Origin: Alphaproteobacteria bacterium
GTDB taxonomy: Bacteria; Pseudomonadota; Alphaproteobacteria; Puniceispirillales; Puniceispirillaceae
DNA length: 64,000 nt
Assembly: GCA_011524995.1 (NCBI GenBank)
Contig: WTJA01000028.1
Location: forward strand, 15,453 to 79,452
Direction of reading: 5' to 3'
Of the stretch, positions 31,989 through 42,881 are shown piece after piece. The notes beneath the pieces were generated by a model. The model worked only from the letters and a program-made list of their open reading frames with translations, ran no database searches and was not told the DNA's origin. Each line of letters begins with the position of its first letter. Position 1 is the stretch's first letter. The position numbers were made by a program, and so were the translations under genes.

Positions 31989-32612
31989 TCATTCATCCAT
32001 CTGGTTAGGTGTAATACACCCGCCAGGCCCTTCATGACAAGTGATCCCGCCCATAAAAGCCTGAAATCTGGCCAATTCATGGAAGAGACGTCCTGTTAGA
32101 CCACCATCAGCCCGTCTCTCATCCAGCAAAATGCCAATATAAGCGAGAGAGTCTCTACCAAAAGGATGGCCTAGAAACGCGCTATCAAACCCTTCAAACA
32201 CCCATTCTGGCTGTAATCGATTTTGATGCGCTTTTGACTCGCGGCGCGAGGCGTCCCCGGCAATTAACATACCTTCCACATAGGGAAGTGTTGCCAATTT
32301 ACCGCCGCCACCAACCGCAAGCCCCGCCCGCCGCGCCAAAGCCAATGTCTGGCTCACACGTCCTGTTAGCAGCTGTTGCAGTTGCGTGATGACCTCAGCT
32401 GCATTTGGGGCTGTTGCGTCAATATGACGTTTAAAGAGATTTTTCTCACAGGCTTTTGTGATTGCCGCCTCAGAGGCTGTTACCCAACAGCCTCTACCTG
32501 GCAATTTTTCAGCTAGATCAGGAACAGCCACCCCAGTGGGATCGCATACAAAGCGGATCAGCTCTTCAGCTGATGTTGTCTCTCCTAGGACGATGCAGCG
32601 ACGTTCTTTCAT
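31989..32612 (-). CDS. YlxR/DUF448-family RNA-binding protein (long alphaproteobacterial form)
   Basis: It has ERRCIV......LIRFV and LPGRGCWV, and sits between nusA and infB. Confidence 0.8.
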   Translation of the reverse strand: MKERRCIVLGETTSAEELIRFVCDPTGVAVPDLAEKLPGRGCWVTASEAAITKACEKNLFKRHIDATAPNAAEVITQLQQLLTGRVSQTLALARRAGLAVGGGGKLATLPYVEGMLIAGDASRRESKAHQNRLQPEWVFEGFDSAFLGHPFGRDSLAYIGILLDERRADGGLTGRLFHELARFQAFMGGITCHEGPGGCITPNQMDE

Positions 32613-32683
32613 ATCTGACGCCTCTCATCTGACTTGCCGCTTTGAATACATAGGCTAATTCCTGTCTCTGTCTTCGATGTTGA

Positions 32684-34225
32684 TTATTCGGCAGGGGCCT
32701 CTTCAGATGGGGCCTCTTCTGTTGCCTCATCTGCGAACCAATGCGCTCTAGCAGCCATGATGATATCACCTGCGACAGTTTCATCATCAATGCCTTCTTC
32801 TTTCAAGAAACCAACCAATTCTTCCGAATCTAGCTCTGCCAAATCATCAAGTGTGAGGATTTGGTTCTGGGCCAATTTCAAAATCATAGCACCATTGAGA
32901 TATTCAAAGGCAAGCAGATCATCAGCCACTTCCAATTTTGATAATTCTTCTTGGATACGCTTGGCTTCAGCTTCGACAAATTCAACCGCACGGTTAATCA
33001 ACTCAGCGGCGACATTTTCATCAAAGCCTTGGATTTGTGCCAGCTCATCAACAGGTGTCTCAGCAATATCATCAACATGGGCAAAGCCTTCTGCGACAAG
33101 AAGATGCGCAATCACATCATCAATATTCAAGGCTTCCATAAAGGCTTGTGACCGGTTCTTGAATTCTTCCTGACGTCTTTCTGATTCTTCAGCTTCTGTT
33201 AGGATGTCAATATACCAGCCTGTTAGTTGCGAGGCGAGGCGCACATTTTGACCACGACGGCCAATCGCCAGTGATAGCTGGTCATCTGGCACAACCACTT
33301 CCATGCGGCCTGCCACTTCATCCATCACAACCTTTGCGACCTCAGCTGGTGCCAAGGCATTCACCACGAATGCCACTGGATCTTCTTCAAACGGAATGAT
33401 CTCAACTTTTTCACCTTGAAGCTCACCCACGACAGCTTGCACACGGCTACCACGCAAACCGACACAGGCACCAACAGGATCAATGCTGCTATCGCGTGAT
33501 AGAACAGAGATTTTCGCACGGCTGCCTGGCTCTCTTGCGACGGCCTTAATATCAATGATGCCATCATAGATCTCTGGCACTTCTTGCGTGAATAATTTTG
33601 CCATAAACTCATTGGCAGAGCGTGAGAGGAAAATCTGATGGCCTCTGACTTCGCGGCGTACATCGAGGATATAAGCGCGGACACGATCACCTTGACGCAA
33701 AATCTCTCTTGGAATCATTTCTTCGCGGCGGATAACAGCTTCAGCACGTCCTAAATCAACCGTGATTGAATAGCTTTCCGCACGCTTAATCGTACCAACA
33801 ACAATTTCACCAACACGATCTTTATATTCTTCATATTGGCGCTCTCTTTCCGCTTCACGGACTTTTTGGCTAATCACTTGCTTCGCTGTTTGCGCAGCAA
33901 TACGGCCAAACTCAATCGGCGGCAAAGGCTGACGGTGAAATTCACCAACGGCGAGATCATATTTCTGGCCTTCATCAGCTGTCATCTGCGTGGCATCATC
34001 TTCGACCTCAGCCACCACTTCTGTCCAACGCTCCAGCGTGATAGCGCCATTCTTACGGTCAATCATTGCGCGGATATCACGGTCATGACCATATTTGGAG
34101 CGACCTGCCTTCTGAATGGCTTCTTCCATCGCCATGATCACTTCTTCGCGATCAATCGACTTTTCACGTGCCACAACATCAGCGATTTGGATCAGCTCTA
34201 GGCCTGGGATTGATGATGTATCCAT
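32684..34225 (-). CDS. nusA: Transcription termination/antitermination factor NusA
   Basis: 513 aa with an S1 domain, KH domains (GACVGLRGSRVQAV, AIGRRGQNVRLASQLTG) and C-terminal acidic repeats. Confidence 0.97.
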   Translation of the reverse strand: MDTSSIPGLELIQIADVVAREKSIDREEVIMAMEEAIQKAGRSKYGHDRDIRAMIDRKNGAITLERWTEVVAEVEDDATQMTADEGQKYDLAVGEFHRQPLPPIEFGRIAAQTAKQVISQKVREAERERQYEEYKDRVGEIVVGTIKRAESYSITVDLGRAEAVIRREEMIPREILRQGDRVRAYILDVRREVRGHQIFLSRSANEFMAKLFTQEVPEIYDGIIDIKAVAREPGSRAKISVLSRDSSIDPVGACVGLRGSRVQAVVGELQGEKVEIIPFEEDPVAFVVNALAPAEVAKVVMDEVAGRMEVVVPDDQLSLAIGRRGQNVRLASQLTGWYIDILTEAEESERRQEEFKNRSQAFMEALNIDDVIAHLLVAEGFAHVDDIAETPVDELAQIQGFDENVAAELINRAVEFVEAEAKRIQEELSKLEVADDLLAFEYLNGAMILKLAQNQILTLDDLAELDSEELVGFLKEEGIDDETVAGDIIMAARAHWFADEATEEAPSEEAPAE

Positions 34226-34255
34226 AAGATTATCTCTTTCTTGTTACTGTCATAC

Positions 34256-34780
34256 TTATTGTGGAAGAAACCCTGTGATAGGCGGTGCCTTTTTATCAGG
34301 GTCTTCAAAATATTCGGTGGCGTCAATTTTGGCGCTATCAATTTGGTCAAAGGCAAAAGCCAGCGCGCCGAAGCTTGTATCAATAATGATCCGGCCTTGC
34401 TCATCTCTGCCAGTTAAGCGGCCTTTTAGGCGCTTGCGCCCATCAACAGCTTGCTTGAGATGTATTTTCACAAGATCGCCTTTGAACCTGTCAAAGTGAT
34501 TATCTCTTGTCAAAGGCCGGTCAAGACCAGGCGAGCTCACCTCAAGATTATAGGCATCTTTAATCGGATCTTCGACATCCAACAAAGCCGCGACATATTT
34601 TGAGATTTTCTGACAATCTTCCACTGTCATGTCACGCGCTGTTAATGGTTCTGCCATAATCTGGAGCTGATGCCGGCCGACACCTGGTGTCCCAGAATAA
34701 TGGACACGCACCAAATCATAGCCCATCTCGCTCAATGCGGGGCGAATCATATCTGCGATTCTATCTGTCACAGCTGCCAT
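34256..34780 (-). CDS. rimP: Ribosome maturation factor RimP
   Basis: 174 aa with EVSSPGLDRPL, directly upstream of nusA. Confidence 0.9.
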   Translation of the reverse strand: MAAVTDRIADMIRPALSEMGYDLVRVHYSGTPGVGRHQLQIMAEPLTARDMTVEDCQKISKYVAALLDVEDPIKDAYNLEVSSPGLDRPLTRDNHFDRFKGDLVKIHLKQAVDGRKRLKGRLTGRDEQGRIIIDTSFGALAFAFDQIDSAKIDATEYFEDPDKKAPPITGFLPQ

Positions 34781-34823
34781 TGGCTTCTATCACTCTTGTT
34801 ACTTGACGCTTTGTCATCAGGCA

Positions 34824-34859
34824 TAAAAAAAGGCGGACCTTTTAGCAAAAGTCCACCGC
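34824..34859 (-). terminator. Rho-independent terminator after trmB, upstream of the rimP-nusA operon
   Basis: The minus-strand RNA reads GGUGGACUUUU-GCU-AAAAGGUCCGCC followed by UUUUUUU. Confidence 0.7.
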
Positions 34860-34927
34860 TTCAATTCCGGATTTGACGCTAGTATACAGCAATCTGACCA
34901 AAAGGCAAATCTTTCGCCTCAGGGGGC

Positions 34928-35626
34928 CTAGGCTGTTTTGATAAATTCAAACCAGCTTGGTGCGCGGCCTTCTTTTTCTGCCTTCGCCATATATCTTGTT
35001 TTTGGCCAATTAGCTGGTCTTTGACGCCAATCATCTGGTGAGGTTGCTTGCCAGGTAAAGCGATCATCGGCCATCGCTTCTGCCAGGAGCCAGCTTTTGG
35101 CAATGGCATGGTCAGACGCCATACGTAACACCCCATGGGGGCGTATGAGGCGCGCCAGGCGGTCCCGCATTGATTGTTGCAAAATACGGCGCCCGGCATG
35201 TCGGCGTTTTGGCCAGGGATCGGGGAACATGATATAGGCCCCTGCGAGACAGTGATCAGGTAATTGATCTAGGATGAGCCGGACATCATCAGGCCAAATC
35301 CGAATATTGCCAAGCTGTTGCTCTTCAATATGACGCACAAGACTGGCAACCCCATTTAAAAAGGGTTCTGCCCCAATAAAGCCATCTTGGGGAGACGCCT
35401 CTGCAAGAGCAGCTAGATGCTCGCCGCCGCCAAAGCCAATTTCCAGATAGATATCTTTTGGGTCGTGGGGAAATAAGCCCGTTAGAGAGGCCACATCCTG
35501 CGGCAAAGACAAGGCGGGCAGGGCTGTTTCAAATTGCTGTTTTTGATGAGGGCGAAGGGGGCGTCCTCTGCGTCTGCCATAAAAGGGAAGCTCGCCATTG
35601 GGACCCTTTTGATTCACGCCGACCAT
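34928..35626 (-). CDS. trmB: tRNA (guanine-N7)-methyltransferase
   Basis: It has LEIGFGGGEHL and FPDPWPKRRH. Confidence 0.9.
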   Translation of the reverse strand: MVGVNQKGPNGELPFYGRRRGRPLRPHQKQQFETALPALSLPQDVASLTGLFPHDPKDIYLEIGFGGGEHLAALAEASPQDGFIGAEPFLNGVASLVRHIEEQQLGNIRIWPDDVRLILDQLPDHCLAGAYIMFPDPWPKRRHAGRRILQQSMRDRLARLIRPHGVLRMASDHAIAKSWLLAEAMADDRFTWQATSPDDWRQRPANWPKTRYMAKAEKEGRAPSWFEFIKTA

Positions 35627-35648
35627 ATCACTGTGCCCTATTCTTATA

Positions 35649-35680
35649 AGATAGCTAGATGACGCGCACCTAGCTATCTT
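35649..35680 (-). repeat. 11-bp-stem hairpin after metK, without a U-tract
   Basis: AAGATAGCTAG / CTAGCTATCTT are perfectly complementary with an 11-nt loop, 19 nt after the metK stop. Confidence 0.4.
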
Positions 35681-35698
35681 TCACGATTATAAAACTGC

Positions 35699-36865
35699 TT
35701 ATGCGAGTTGTGATGCGATATCTGTTGCTTCCCATGGGAAGGTACCAGCACCCGCCTCACCAGCTGTCCGGCCAAAATGGCCATAAGCAGCTGTTGGGGC
35801 ATAGATAGGCGCATTCAAACCCAAATGTGTACGAATGCCTTTAGGTGTCAAATCCACCAATCCCCGCAATTTATCTTGAATGTCATTATCAGCTACGCTG
35901 CTTGTCCCATGTGTATTCACATAGACAGAGACAGGCTCAGCCACGCCAATGGCATAAGCGAGCTGAATGGTACATTTATCGGCAATGCCAGAGGCGACCA
36001 CATTCTTGGCCAGATAACGCGCGGCATAAGCAGCAGACCGGTCAACTTTTGTTGGATCTTTACCAGAAAAAGCACCGCCACCATGAGGCGCTGCGCCGCC
36101 ATACGTATCAACAATAATTTTACGCCCTGTCAGACCGGCATCACCGTCTGGGCCACCAATTTCAAAAATGCCTGTTGGGTTGATGTATAGATCATCAGCC
36201 CCAACCATCCAGCCATCCGGTAGAATATCGGCAATCACAGGTGTGACAAGCGCTCTGATATCCGCTTGGCTTGCGCCAACCGCATGCTGTGTTGATAGAA
36301 CGATTTTATCAACACCAGCGATTGAGCCATCCTCATTATAGATGAGCGTCAATTGTGATTTGGCATCTGGACGCAACAAGCTATCAGCATCTGCTTTGCG
36401 CATCTCTGCCAAGCGCTTCAAAATGGCATGAGAATAATGAATAGGGGCTGGCATCAGCTCGTCTGTCTCGCGGCACGCATAGCCAAACATCAAGCCTTGG
36501 TCACCCGCGCCTTCTTCTTTATCACCCGCTTCATCAACACCAACAGCGATATCAGCTGATTGTTCATGCAGGTAATTTTGGAATTCAAAATGCGCATGAT
36601 GGAACTTATCTTGCTCATAGCCAATATCAGCAATCGCCGCACGCACCGCTGGCTCAATCTGAGACATGATGTCATCCATCATCTCTTCAGGGGCACGTAC
36701 TTCACCAGCTAACACCACACGGTTTGTCGTGGCCAATGTCTCGCATGCCACTCTTGCTTGTTTGTCATGCTGCAAAAATAGATCAAGCACCGTATCTGAA
36801 ACGCGGTCACAAACCTTATCCGGATGGCCTTCTGAAACAGATTCAGAGGTAAAAAGATAGCTCAT
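35699..36865 (-). CDS. metK: S-adenosylmethionine synthase
   Basis: From the ATG at 36865 the N-terminus is [20 protein letters not shown]. It also has [12 protein letters not shown] and [16 protein letters not shown]. Confidence 0.97.
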   Translation of the reverse strand: MSYLFTSESVSEGHPDKVCDRVSDTVLDLFLQHDKQARVACETLATTNRVVLAGEVRAPEEMMDDIMSQIEPAVRAAIADIGYEQDKFHHAHFEFQNYLHEQSADIAVGVDEAGDKEEGAGDQGLMFGYACRETDELMPAPIHYSHAILKRLAEMRKADADSLLRPDAKSQLTLIYNEDGSIAGVDKIVLSTQHAVGASQADIRALVTPVIADILPDGWMVGADDLYINPTGIFEIGGPDGDAGLTGRKIIVDTYGGAAPHGGGAFSGKDPTKVDRSAAYAARYLAKNVVASGIADKCTIQLAYAIGVAEPVSVYVNTHGTSSVADNDIQDKLRGLVDLTPKGIRTHLGLNAPIYAPTAAYGHFGRTAGEAGAGTFPWEATDIASQLA

Positions 36866-36902
36866 CGATAAGCTCCCCAAAAAGACGTCATAATGGGCGA
36901 TA

Positions 36903-38444
36903 TTACTGCCTGTTTTGTAGCAATCGGTCAAGAAAAACCGCGCTAGTTAGCAAAGCGGCTATCATCACTCCTGCCAAAAGAGCCCCAAAGCGCGCGAAAA
37001 AGGGGGCCGGAAGCGGCGGCGGCAATCTTAAATCCACAAAATCTGTTTGGCCAAGTGGTATCGCGGCAAGCTCTTGTCCTGTGGCATCAAAGGCAGCACT
37101 GATACCTGTATTGGCCACGCGCAAGAGCGGCACACCATAGCTGATGGCTGTCATACGGGTCTGCGCCAAATGTTGATAGGGGCCGGCCGTATGGCCAAAC
37201 CAGGCATCATTGGTCAAATTCACCAGCAAGTCAGGTCGCTTTGTCGCGCGGCCTGTCAGCGCTGGAAAAATTGCTTCATAACAGATCAAAACTTGCACCT
37301 GACCAATATCAGCAATGGTAAAAGGCGTCACCGCTTCACCTGGTGTGAAATCATGCGGGCCCGCAATCGCATCAATAAATGGGATCACGCGCCAAGGCAC
37401 ATATTCCCCAAAGGGCACAAGATGCGTTTTATCATAGAGATGGGGGCTGCCGGCGTTGTCAAAATAAAGAGCGGTATTCTTAATCTGCGCTGCCTCATCA
37501 ATACGCAAACTTCCCATTATCAGGCCGCCGGCCCCGCCTTGCGCTTGGTGATGCACGCTAATCTGAGTTGCTAAATCGGCAAGCAAATCCTTGGCACGGC
37601 TATAATCTCCTGCAAAGGCAGATTCCGGCCAAATGATAAGATCGACAGGGCTCTGCGCTGGGGCGAGTGACAGCTTGGCCATATGCGCTAAGTGGGAAGC
37701 GCGAGCAGATCTATCCCATTTCTCTGCTTGCGGGATATGAGGCTGGATAAGGCGGACCGTTGCTGCCTCTGCCGATACCATAGGGGCAGGCTGCTTGGCA
37801 TAAATGACCAGCGCCCCAAATATCGCGCCACATAATATCACAGCCATGACAAGCTTGTGACGGTGCTGCTTAGCAACAGATAGATAGAGGGGAATGAGAG
37901 CCGCCAACACAAACGCCCAGACATTCAAACCTGTTTGACCGAAAAGAGACGCCAATTGTGAGGTTGGCTGTGTGGCCAAAAAAATCAGGCCTGGCGCATT
38001 CCATGGGAACCCAGTGGCGATAAATTCACGGCCCCATTCTGCCAAAGATAAGCTAGCAATAAAGGCCACCAGGCGCGCGGCTGGATGCTGCACGATTACA
38101 AAGCCAGCCAGCCCGCCCACGGCCCAGAATATCGTCACAATCACAGGGATGCCGAAAAAGCTCACAGGCAATAAAAAGAGATAATCTTGTGAGCCAATCA
38201 GCAAGGAATGGCTAATCCAATAAAGGGATATCACAAACCATCCATATCCCCCGGCTGCCATATGACATAAGGCTTGTCGCCAGCTAGAGGCATGGGCTGC
38301 TTGATAGAATATGAAACCCAAAAGCAATAGCGCTGGGCTGAGGTAAAGCGGCGGAAGGCTGAGGCTTGCCAGCCCCCCTGCAAAAGCAGATAAAAAATAG
38401 GGACGCAAGAGATGATAGCGCTGGCGCAACCTCATGCCAGCCAT
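36903..38444 (-). CDS. lnt: Apolipoprotein N-acyltransferase
   Basis: 513 aa with an N-terminal multi-TM region and a CN-hydrolase domain ([13 protein letters not shown]). Confidence 0.9.
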   Translation of the reverse strand: MAGMRLRQRYHLLRPYFLSAFAGGLASLSLPPLYLSPALLLLGFIFYQAAHASSWRQALCHMAAGGYGWFVISLYWISHSLLIGSQDYLFLLPVSFFGIPVIVTIFWAVGGLAGFVIVQHPAARLVAFIASLSLAEWGREFIATGFPWNAPGLIFLATQPTSQLASLFGQTGLNVWAFVLAALIPLYLSVAKQHRHKLVMAVILCGAIFGALVIYAKQPAPMVSAEAATVRLIQPHIPQAEKWDRSARASHLAHMAKLSLAPAQSPVDLIIWPESAFAGDYSRAKDLLADLATQISVHHQAQGGAGGLIMGSLRIDEAAQIKNTALYFDNAGSPHLYDKTHLVPFGEYVPWRVIPFIDAIAGPHDFTPGEAVTPFTIADIGQVQVLICYEAIFPALTGRATKRPDLLVNLTNDAWFGHTAGPYQHLAQTRMTAISYGVPLLRVANTGISAAFDATGQELAAIPLGQTDFVDLRLPPPLPAPFFARFGALLAGVMIAALLTSAVFLDRLLQNRQ

Positions 38445-38446
38445 CC

Positions 38447-39316
38447 TTACGAATTTAGCTCATCAGATGACACACCACCATTTAAGGCTGGCAAGCCACA
38501 AATCCGTAACAATTTAATGTGGCGTGGATCAGCCTCTAGGATTTCGAATTCAAGGCCAGAGGGATGGGTGATAACCTCACCTCTTGTTGGCACACGTCCC
38601 GCTAGCGAGAAGACCAATCCCCCAATCGTGTCAATTTCATCAGTCTCATCTTGCTCTAATAGCGGACCAGCTAGCACTTCAAGGGCGCCAACCTCAAGAC
38701 GCGCTTCTGCCACAGCGGTACCATCATCAAAGACTTGGAAGCGTGGCATCCGTGACTTGTCATGTTCATCTTCAATCTCGCCAACAATTTCCTCAACCAG
38801 ATCTTCAATGGTGATTAGACCATCAACACCGCCAAATTCATCAACCACCAAAGCCAAATGCTGGCGTTTCAAACGCATCTCATGAAGCAAATCTAACAAA
38901 CGAATGGTTGGTGAAATAAACATGACAGGCCGCAATAACCCGCTTAGGTCCGCGCTTTGATCGGTCTGCATGGCCCCTGATGCCACCTGCGCCATTAAAT
39001 CCTTAATATGAAGGAACCCAACCATCTGATCGAGCGAGCCTTTATGGGCTGGCACACGGCTATGACCGGCTGCGATGATCGTTTTGAAAATATCAGCCAT
39101 GGGTGAGGATAAATCGACAGCCACAATATCAGCGCGTGGCACCATCACATCCTCTGCGGTGATATCGCGTAACCCTAGCATATTGCGCAATAGCGCGCCT
39201 TCATGCGAATCAAACGCCAGCTTCTCTTTGAGCGAGGTTTCAATCAGATCTGTCAATTCTTCCCGGTCTGATACAGGCTTGGCAAGAAAAGGGAATAATT
39301 TTGAGATAAGGCCCAT
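38447..39316 (-). CDS. corC: CBS-domain / CorC_HlyC transporter-associated protein (CorC/TlyC family)
   Basis: It has a CBS pair and a C-terminal transporter-associated domain. Its position between ybeY and lnt matches E. coli ybeZ-ybeY-ybeX(corC)-lnt. Confidence 0.85.
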   Translation of the reverse strand: MGLISKLFPFLAKPVSDREELTDLIETSLKEKLAFDSHEGALLRNMLGLRDITAEDVMVPRADIVAVDLSSPMADIFKTIIAAGHSRVPAHKGSLDQMVGFLHIKDLMAQVASGAMQTDQSADLSGLLRPVMFISPTIRLLDLLHEMRLKRQHLALVVDEFGGVDGLITIEDLVEEIVGEIEDEHDKSRMPRFQVFDDGTAVAEARLEVGALEVLAGPLLEQDETDEIDTIGGLVFSLAGRVPTRGEVITHPSGLEFEILEADPRHIKLLRICGLPALNGGVSSDELNS

Positions 39317-39894
39317 TAGACAAGCTCTCCCTGATAGGGATTTGGTATCTGAAGATGCGCAAGTGCTTTTATTTCGAGCGCTTCCATCTCTTGCGCCTCC
39401 TCATCATCCACATGATCAAATCCATATAAATGCAATAACCCATGTATCAGGAGATGACGGATATGATGGTCAAGCGGAATATCGAGTGAGGCTGCTTCCT
39501 GTGCTATGATCTCATACCCAAATGCCAGATCGCCAAGCTGCCCATCGGTTTCATCAGGAAATGAAAGCACATTGGTCGGTTTATCTTTGTCACGGAACTT
39601 ATGATTGAGGCTCTGGAGGGCATCATTTGTGGTCCAGCAACACCCAAACCCCTCAGCGGTATAGGCGATATCTGTCTCTAATGCTTGTAGCATCTGATTG
39701 AGATCATGGCGCAAATCATCAGTGATAAAAGGCACCCAGCGCGCATCGGCAAGAATATGGTCTGATGTTAGATCAAACGGATGCACCCATGTGAGGCTCT
39801 CACAGTCAGCTTCCGTCATATTTGTCCTATCTTCAGGACTGTCAGGTTCAAGCGATACGTCGCTTTCAGAAACAGCAGGGTTAGGCATGATCAC
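39316..39894 (-). CDS. ybeY: Endoribonuclease YbeY (rRNA maturation)
   Basis: It has the zinc motif HLLIHGLLHLYGFDH. TAATG overlaps the corC start. The N-terminus is acidic and longer than usual, and the start is uncertain (GTG 39894, ATG 39888, or later). Confidence 0.9.
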   Translation of the reverse strand: MIMPNPAVSESDVSLEPDSPEDRTNMTEADCESLTWVHPFDLTSDHILADARWVPFITDDLRHDLNQMLQALETDIAYTAEGFGCCWTTNDALQSLNHKFRDKDKPTNVLSFPDETDGQLGDLAFGYEIIAQEAASLDIPLDHHIRHLLIHGLLHLYGFDHVDDEEAQEMEALEIKALAHLQIPNPYQGELV

Positions 39895-39926
39895 TTTCGA
39901 TTCATAAGGTTGTGATTTAATCTTGC

Positions 39927-40916
39927 TTATTTTCTACGCTTTTGTCCAGCCTCATAGGCCTTCAAAATGCGTGCAACCACAGGGTGACGAACCACATCCT
40001 CACCTGTTAGCTCTGAAATACCAACCCCCGTGACATTATCCAGACGCGAGACCGCATCTATCAGGCCTGATTCCTGACCAGACGGTAAGTCAATCTGTGT
40101 CATATCACCGGTGATCACCATCCGCGAATCTTGGCCCAAACGGGTGAGCACCATCTTCATCTGCACAGGCGTCGTATTTTGTGCCTCATCAATAATGACA
40201 AAGGCATTGGTTAAGGTACGACCGCGCATAAAGGCCAGCGGCGCAATTTCAATTTCGCCTGACACCATCATTTTATCAACCTTATCGGCGGGCATCATAT
40301 CATAAAGCGCGTCATATAAAGGTCGCAGATACGGGTCGACCTTTTCCTTCATATCACCTGGCAAAAAGCCAAGACGCTCACCTGCTTCCACCGCTGGGCG
40401 TGATAGAATAATCCGTTCAACAAGGCGTTTTTTCAACGCATCAACCGCCATCGCCACAGCCATATAGGTTTTGCCTGTGCCAGCTGGACCAAGGCCAAAG
40501 ACGACTTCATTTGCCAATAAAGTTTTGAAATAAGCCGCTTGATTGGCTGTGCGGGGCGCAATCTTTTTCTTCCAAGTGACCGCCACTGGCCCAGAGGTTA
40601 CCGCTTCTGGTGCGGATGAGCCGAATTCAGCCTCTCGCATCATATCATCCAACCAATTTTTGACGATGGTTTCATCATCATGGTCTGCTGCTTGTAATTT
40701 TTGGGAGAGCGCTTGAATGGCCTTTGCTGCTTGATCAAGCTGTGCCTTAGGGCCGGATAGTTTAATCTCATTCCCAAAACTATCCGCTTCAATCGCAAGG
40801 CTCGTGGCAATCCGAGATAGCGTTTCATTATTTTGGCCACAGATCAGAGCCATCACAGAAGGATCTTCAAACGCAATTGTCAAATGTTTGACGGTCTTGC
40901 TTGCTGTCTGTGCCAC
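39927..40916 (-). CDS. ybeZ: PhoH-like ATPase
   Basis: It has the Walker A GPAGTGKTYMAVA, IIDEAQN and DLPSGQESGL. Confidence 0.92.
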   Translation of the reverse strand: MAQTASKTVKHLTIAFEDPSVMALICGQNNETLSRIATSLAIEADSFGNEIKLSGPKAQLDQAAKAIQALSQKLQAADHDDETIVKNWLDDMMREAEFGSSAPEAVTSGPVAVTWKKKIAPRTANQAAYFKTLLANEVVFGLGPAGTGKTYMAVAMAVDALKKRLVERIILSRPAVEAGERLGFLPGDMKEKVDPYLRPLYDALYDMMPADKVDKMMVSGEIEIAPLAFMRGRTLTNAFVIIDEAQNTTPVQMKMVLTRLGQDSRMVITGDMTQIDLPSGQESGLIDAVSRLDNVTGVGISELTGEDVVRHPVVARILKAYEAGQKRRK

Positions 40917-40942
40917 GCGCCTATCTCCTTTATCAGAAGCGT

Positions 40943-42286
40943 CTAGTCAGATGTCAAAATGCGAGCAGTCAAAGAATTCTGTCTGGCTTCGCTAATTTCC
41001 ATTGGCAGAATTTGACCGAGCTGGCTTTCATCTCCCTCAAAATAGACCGATTGCATAAAAGGACTACGCCCTGTCATCTGTCCGTCACGTCCACCGACAC
41101 GTTCCACCAAAATATCCATCTTGGTCCCTTCACAACCCTTATTAAATGCCATCTGCTGGCTATCTAATAATTGTTGTAATGAGGATAGGCGATCTGATTT
41201 CACCGCTTCGTCCACTTGATTCTCTGCATTAGCCGCTGGCGTGCCTGGACGCTCTGAATATTTAAAGCTGTAAGCCGACGCATAAGAGACACGATCGACA
41301 AGCCGCAGCGTATCTGCAAAATCGGCATCTGTTTCACCAGGGAAGCCGACGATAAAATCACCCGATAAGGCAAGATGCGGCACAGCATCGCGTAATCTGT
41401 CAATGATAGCGATATATTCATCAGCTGTATGACGACGATTCATCGCTGACAAAATGCGATCTGACCCTGCCTGAACGGGCAGGTGTAGATAGGGCATAAG
41501 GGCGGGAATATCACGATGGGCGTAGATCAACTCATCATCCATATCAAGCGGATGGGAGGTCGTGTAACGCAGACGTTCCACACCATCTACCTCTGCTAAA
41601 TGATGCAATAGGCGGCCAAGACCCCAATTTTTGCCATCGGGCCCTTCGCCATGATAGGCATTCACATTTTGCCCTAATAAGGTGATTTCCCTTGTGCCAG
41701 CGGCGACGAGCTTCTTCGCTTCATCAACCACTTGCGCCACGGAACGTGAGAATTCTGCCCCTCTGGTGTAAGGCACCACGCAGAACGCACAAAATTTATC
41801 ACAGCCCTCTTGTACTGATAAGAACGCCGCAGGCCCTCTATGTGCAACCTCTTCTGGTAAATAGTCAAATTTCACTTCTTCAGGGAAATCTGTATCAATC
41901 ACAGAGTTGCGCGCGGCAGGGTCTAGCTTTGTGATCATCTCTGGCAGACGATGATAACTTTGCGGTCCCACAACCATATCTACCCAAGGGGCGCGACGTG
42001 TAATTTCTTCCCCTTCAGCCTGGGCCACACAACCAGCGACTGTGATCATCATATCACGCCCAATTTGATCACGCGCCCGCTCTTTTAACTGCCGCAACCG
42101 CCCTAATTCAGAAAAGACTTTCTCAGAGGCTTTTTCCCGAATGTGACAGGTGTTCAAGATCACCATATCGGCATCTTCTGGGGCATGATGCGGTACATAG
42201 CCAAGAGGCGCTAACACATCTGTCATCCGATCAGAATCATAGACATTCATCTGACAGCCATAGGTTTTGATATAAAGTTTTTTCAT
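40943..42286 (-). CDS. miaB: tRNA-2-methylthio-N6-dimethylallyladenosine synthase
   Basis: The N-terminus is [18 protein letters not shown], the radical-SAM cluster is [15 protein letters not shown], and a TRAM domain is present. Confidence 0.96.
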   Translation of the reverse strand: MKKLYIKTYGCQMNVYDSDRMTDVLAPLGYVPHHAPEDADMVILNTCHIREKASEKVFSELGRLRQLKERARDQIGRDMMITVAGCVAQAEGEEITRRAPWVDMVVGPQSYHRLPEMITKLDPAARNSVIDTDFPEEVKFDYLPEEVAHRGPAAFLSVQEGCDKFCAFCVVPYTRGAEFSRSVAQVVDEAKKLVAAGTREITLLGQNVNAYHGEGPDGKNWGLGRLLHHLAEVDGVERLRYTTSHPLDMDDELIYAHRDIPALMPYLHLPVQAGSDRILSAMNRRHTADEYIAIIDRLRDAVPHLALSGDFIVGFPGETDADFADTLRLVDRVSYASAYSFKYSERPGTPAANAENQVDEAVKSDRLSSLQQLLDSQQMAFNKGCEGTKMDILVERVGGRDGQMTGRSPFMQSVYFEGDESQLGQILPMEISEARQNSLTARILTSD

Positions 42287-42383
42287 GGATTTTTCAGTTC
42301 AACCAAACCGCTATAAAAATAAGCCATAGCCGCCAAGGATGCAGCAAAGTGATAGGCTCTAAACTAACATGAAACTAGATTTT

Positions 42384-42881
42384 TCACAGCGATAATTCCA
42401 TGATGAGCGCGTCGATTTTTGGCGTTTTTGTGATAATCTTATCATTTTCGCTCCTTGCGGGCTGGTAATAGCCAATCCGCCGACCACATTCTTGAAACTG
42501 ATGGCGATGATATAAGGCAAGAGCTGGATGATTATTAGCTGCCACTTCTAAGAATAGGCGCTGCCCGCCCCGGTCTCGCACAAAGGCAATCACATGCCCA
42601 AGCAATTTTGTGCCTAAACCTTGCGCGCGAAACGTACCTGCCACAGCAATCTCGATAATCTCAGCCTCATCACCTGAGAGAGATAACAGACATCCCGCCC
42701 GATAGCCTGCCTCTCGGGACAAAGGGTCGGAAAGGCTCAGGAAATGATAGGCTGGTTTTTGGAAGAAGCGTGCAAAGGCTGTCGCGTCAAAAGACCCATA
42801 GCCATCATTATCAAGAAACTGCGCCACTGCCAAAAGCGCATCTGGGGCAGCGTTTGATAGTGCCAGATGATTTAGTGTCAC
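42384..42881 (-). CDS. rimI: GNAT acetyltransferase, RimI-like
   Basis: It has the acetyl-CoA motif RAQGLGTKLLGHV. Its GTG start overlaps the tsaB stop (GTGA), and tsaB-rimI pairing is conserved. Confidence 0.8.
   Translation of the reverse strand: MTLNHLALSNAAPDALLAVAQFLDNDGYGSFDATAFARFFQKPAYHFLSLSDPLSREAGYRAGCLLSLSGDEAEIIEIAVAGTFRAQGLGTKLLGHVIAFVRDRGGQRLFLEVAANNHPALALYHRHQFQECGRRIGYYQPARSENDKIITKTPKIDALIMELSL

Noticed and set aside
36866-36902. A SAM-responsive riboswitch (SAM-II, SAM-V or SAM/SAH) upstream of metK, and likewise upstream of metZ (5184..5252)
   Set aside because: The spacers are only 37 bp (lnt stop to metK start) and 69 bp (regA stop to metZ start). I could not find the conserved pseudoknot elements, such as the AAAGC-type 3' strand pairing over the SD. 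A covariance-model scan (Rfam SAM-II, SAM-V, SAM-SAH) would be the decisive test.
39700-39894. The acidic N-terminal extension of YbeY (about 35 extra residues) as a novel domain
   Set aside because: Start-codon choice is ambiguous (GTG 39894, ATG 39888, ATG at MTEADCE). The extra residues are low-complexity and acidic, so the simplest explanation is an over-extended ORF or a disordered tail.
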